From Liolophura sinensis (lineage: Eukaryota), in contig NC_088304.1 in assembly GCF_032854445.1 (NCBI RefSeq), positions 22,425,513 to 22,489,512 of the forward strand: a stretch of 64,000 nt of DNA, read 5' to 3'. A program made the translations under genes and the position numbers. The notes under the pieces were generated by a model. That model did no database searches. It was not told the origin of the DNA and saw nothing but the letters and a program-made list of their open reading frames with translations. Positions 60,749-64,000 of the stretch are shown one piece after another (positions within the stretch are counted from its first letter, which is position 1; each line of letters begins with the position of its first letter).

Positions 60749-62328
60749 AAACCAAGTATGCATATATTAACACATTTATTAAGTTTTATTGTACTACCTT
60801 AAGCATAAATGAAACTAAAAAAATGCATTGTATTCGTTGGAACGGTTTGTATTATTGTATTAATAATGTCCGTGAGGTCTTTTGAACTATTCATTCCCTT
60901 CGTGTAGTGAACTTGAATCGTCCCGGACACGGCCTGTATATCATTGTATTTTCATTTATGGGTATTTGTAAGCCTGGTACGCATTTTACTTGTTTGTTGT
61001 TATTCAGTGGTAAAGTCCGGTTCTCTCGCGACTGACGTCAAACTTGTCACTCGTACATTGACACCTTTTTTATACGGTATATTGCCACTAGGAAACGGTG
61101 TTTGATTGGATAGACGATTATGTTAATTTGAGTGTAAATATTTAGATACCGTGAGCTATTCAGCCAGACAACCGACAATAGACGCCCATCTACTCTTTCT
61201 GATTGCTCTGTGCTACCATTTAAATAAGGATCCGTCGATATAAACAAGGCTGAGTGTTGCGATTTTATATGGACATCGCGTTGAACATCGCAGTATACAG
61301 CCTACCTTACATACATCTGTAACCGACTCGGGATCAGCATGAGAGTGGTCATTTTTGTACTCGTGGCTGTTTGCATTGTAAGTTACTTCATTGTTTTCAC
61401 GCCATATGTTACATGTACTTCGTTGAGTTTTAATATAAGCTATATGGTTTGCTTTCCATTTATCACTTCACTTATTGTAAGTTACAGTCATCACAGGTGA
61501 CAAGTTCCATTCACCTTGTTATGGTAGCTACAGTCTGATTGTAAGTTACTGTGTTGTTTACTTATTGTAAGTTTTATTTATTTATTTATTTTTTTTTTGA
61601 AATGACAAATTTGTTTTCCTAAGTGGAAAGTTATGATGTGCGTTTAATATTTGTTTTGGTCTTAAGTATTTTATTCACTTATTTCTCTACACATAAGTAA
61701 AATCACACATAAAGTAAGAGAATAGAAAAACGATTAAACTTAAGCCTTAACAAACAACACGTAAGCCGTGAAGGATATAACCCAGTCCCTGAGGTTAAAG
61801 GGGATTCCCTAGATGGTATACATCTTACCTGGACTTGTATTTGTACCAAGACTACATTGATTTTCTGTGAAGCCGACTTTACAACAAGACAGATAGTTTT
61901 AAGTTTCACAGGGCAAATAATCCTCACCTGGATATTAATAAGCCCTACTGTCCTCCTTAACCCGGAATGTGTGGCTTTCTATCCATCGCATTGAATAAGA
62001 CCGCCAGGTGGGATATATAAACAGTTGCAATCAAAGAGCAACTGCATGGCGTATGCATTTAAGTCAGCGACAACTTGTATACTACCATGCTTCACGAATT
62101 GGATGCTGGTTTCATCCATTCGCCTATAGATCGTGTTTTCCACACTTTCTTAGCTCTTTAATGTTGTGTGTTGATGGTCGATTTGGAAATTGGTAAGTTT
62201 GCAAATGTGTTGACAATACAGGTAATTTTACAAGCGGTCGAGTTTTTCAGGGAATACGTGTGGCCATATGCAAACTATAACCACTCCCGTAACTGCTCTG
62301 GAATACACTCTATTTTAAAAGTCTTTTA

Positions 62329-62610
62329 GGGTCTCCGTGGCTCAGTCGGTTAGCGCGCTAGCGCAGCGTAATGACCCAGGAGTCTCTCACCAATGCGGTC
62401 GCTGTGAGTTCAAGTCCAGCTCATGCTGGCTTCCTCTCCGGCCGTAAGTGGGAAGGTCTTCCAACAACCTGCGGATGGTCGTGGGTTTCCCCTGGGCTGT
62501 GCCCGGTTTCTACCCACCATAATGCTGGCCGCCGTCGTATAAGTGAAATATTCTTGAGTACGACGTAAAACACCAATCAAATAAATGAATAAATATATAA
62601 ATAAATAAAA
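62329..62610 (+). mobile_element. SINE, full-length
   Basis: head plus core plus tail. Confidence 0.85.
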
Positions 62611-62844
62611 GTCTTTTATATTGCGGTTATTGACCCGGAACGTCCATTTTGGATGACAGCTGCTATACGAATGGACATCTGTCTCGAGGCTTGGGTTTCT
62701 CAGATTTTTACATCTTTGTATTCCGACGGCAATTTCGAACATGCTGTTGTTATCGAGTAAGGGAGTATAACATGTATTGTCAGACTTTATATCTGAGCAA
62801 GTGTCAAGGGAATGAATGGTGACTTAATAGACAACAAATCCCGA

Positions 62845-64000
62845 GCATGGACATGCAAGAGCGCTGTGGACTGCTAACTTAATAGACTGGAGTGGGGACA
62901 CGACAGAGCGCTGTGGACTGCTAACTTAATAGACTGAAGTGAGGACACGACAGAGCGCTGTGGACTGCTAACTTAATAGACTGGAGTGAGGACACGACAG
63001 AGCGCTGTGGACTGCTAACTTAATAGACTGAAGTGAGGACACGACAGAGCGCTGTGGACTGCTAACTTAATAGACTGGAGTGAGGACACGACAGAGCGCT
63101 GTGGACTGCTAACTTAATAAACTGGAGTGGGGACACGAAAGAGCAATGTTGACTGCTAACTTAATAGACTCAAGTGAGGACACGACAGAGCGCTGTGGAC
63201 TGCTAACTTAATAGACTGGAGTGGGGACACGACAGAGCGCTGTGGACTGCTAACTTAATAGACTGGAGTGGGGACACGAAAGAGCGCTGTGGACTGCTAA
63301 CTTAATAAACTGGAGTGGGGACACGAAAGAGCAATGTTGACTGCTAACTTAATAGACTCAAGTGAGGACACGACAGAGCGCTGTGGACTGCTAACTTAAT
63401 AGACTCAAGTGAGGACACGACAGAGCGCTGTGGACTGCTAACTTAATAGACTGGAGTGGGGACACGACAGAGCGCTGTGGACTGCTAACTTAATAGACTG
63501 GAGTGGGGACACGACAGAGCGCTGTGGACTGCTAACTTGATAAACTGGAGTGGGGACACGAAAGAGCAATGTGGACTGCTAACTTAATAGACTGGAGTGG
63601 GGACACGACAGAGCGCTGTGGACTGCTAACTTAATAGACTCAAGTGAGGACACGACAGAGCGCTGTGGACTGCTAACTTAATAGACTGGAGTGGGGACAC
63701 GAAAGAGCGCTGTGGACTGCTAACTTAATAGACTCAAGTGAGGACACGAAAGAGCGCTGCGGACTGCTAACTTAATATACTGAAGTGAAGGCATGACCGA
63801 AAGAGCGCTGTGGACTGCTAACTTAATAGACTGAAGTGAAGGAATGATAGAAAAAGCGCTGTGGACTGCTAACTTAATAGACTGGAGTGGGGACACGACA
63901 GAGCGCTGTGGACTGCTAACTTAATAGACTGGAGTGGGGACACGACAGAGCGCAGTGGACTGCTAACTTAATAGACTCAAGTGAGGACACGACAGAGCGC
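62845..64000. repeat. 47-bp satellite (CGCTGTGGACTGCTAACTTAATAGACTGGAGTGGGGACACGACAGAG) of at least 24 units, running off the window end
   Basis: seen directly. Confidence 0.95.

Overview
This window is eukaryotic (metazoan) nuclear DNA. It is AT-rich and intron-rich, with GT-AG introns, AATAAA signals and very many tRNA-derived SINE copies. It is probably a mollusc or other lophotrochozoan; I hold that at low confidence and it rests only on the repeat and sequence style. There are no prokaryotic systems here (no operons, no CRISPR). Four multi-exon protein-coding genes can be reconstructed from the sequence.

(1) A minus-strand gene running 14342 down to 107 and continuing past the window start, with at least 13 coding exons. 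It encodes a protein with a Ser-rich N-terminus, a SAM domain, a coiled coil, a second SAM domain, a Pro/Ser-rich linker and an unrecognised C-terminal domain. The two SAM domains are split into exons with identical phases.

(2) An XBP1 orthologue on the minus strand, 20107 down to 17887, in 3 exons. It keeps the twin stem-loop IRE1 cleavage sites, which flank a 20-nt unconventional intron at 19185-19204. Both the XBP1u and XBP1s C-termini are conserved, and an ERSE (CCAAT-N9-CCACG) sits about 150 bp upstream of the ATG.

(3) Major vault protein (MVP) on the plus strand, 27929-41571, in 14 coding exons of 857 codons. Its introns are riddled with SINEs and minisatellites.

(4) An inosine-uridine-preferring nucleoside hydrolase (IUNH)-like gene on the plus strand, 46466-53219, in 5 coding exons of 324 codons. 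Its introns carry 22-bp and 26-bp tandem arrays and at least six SINE copies.

The rest of the window is repeats. There are about 21 copies of one tRNA-derived SINE family, plus three minor interspersed families, and many tandem arrays (43-bp, 47-bp, 78-bp, a CpG-rich unit of about 120 bp, and microsatellites). Coordinates were anchored on the supplied ORF track. Repeat boundaries are approximate (about +/-10 bp).
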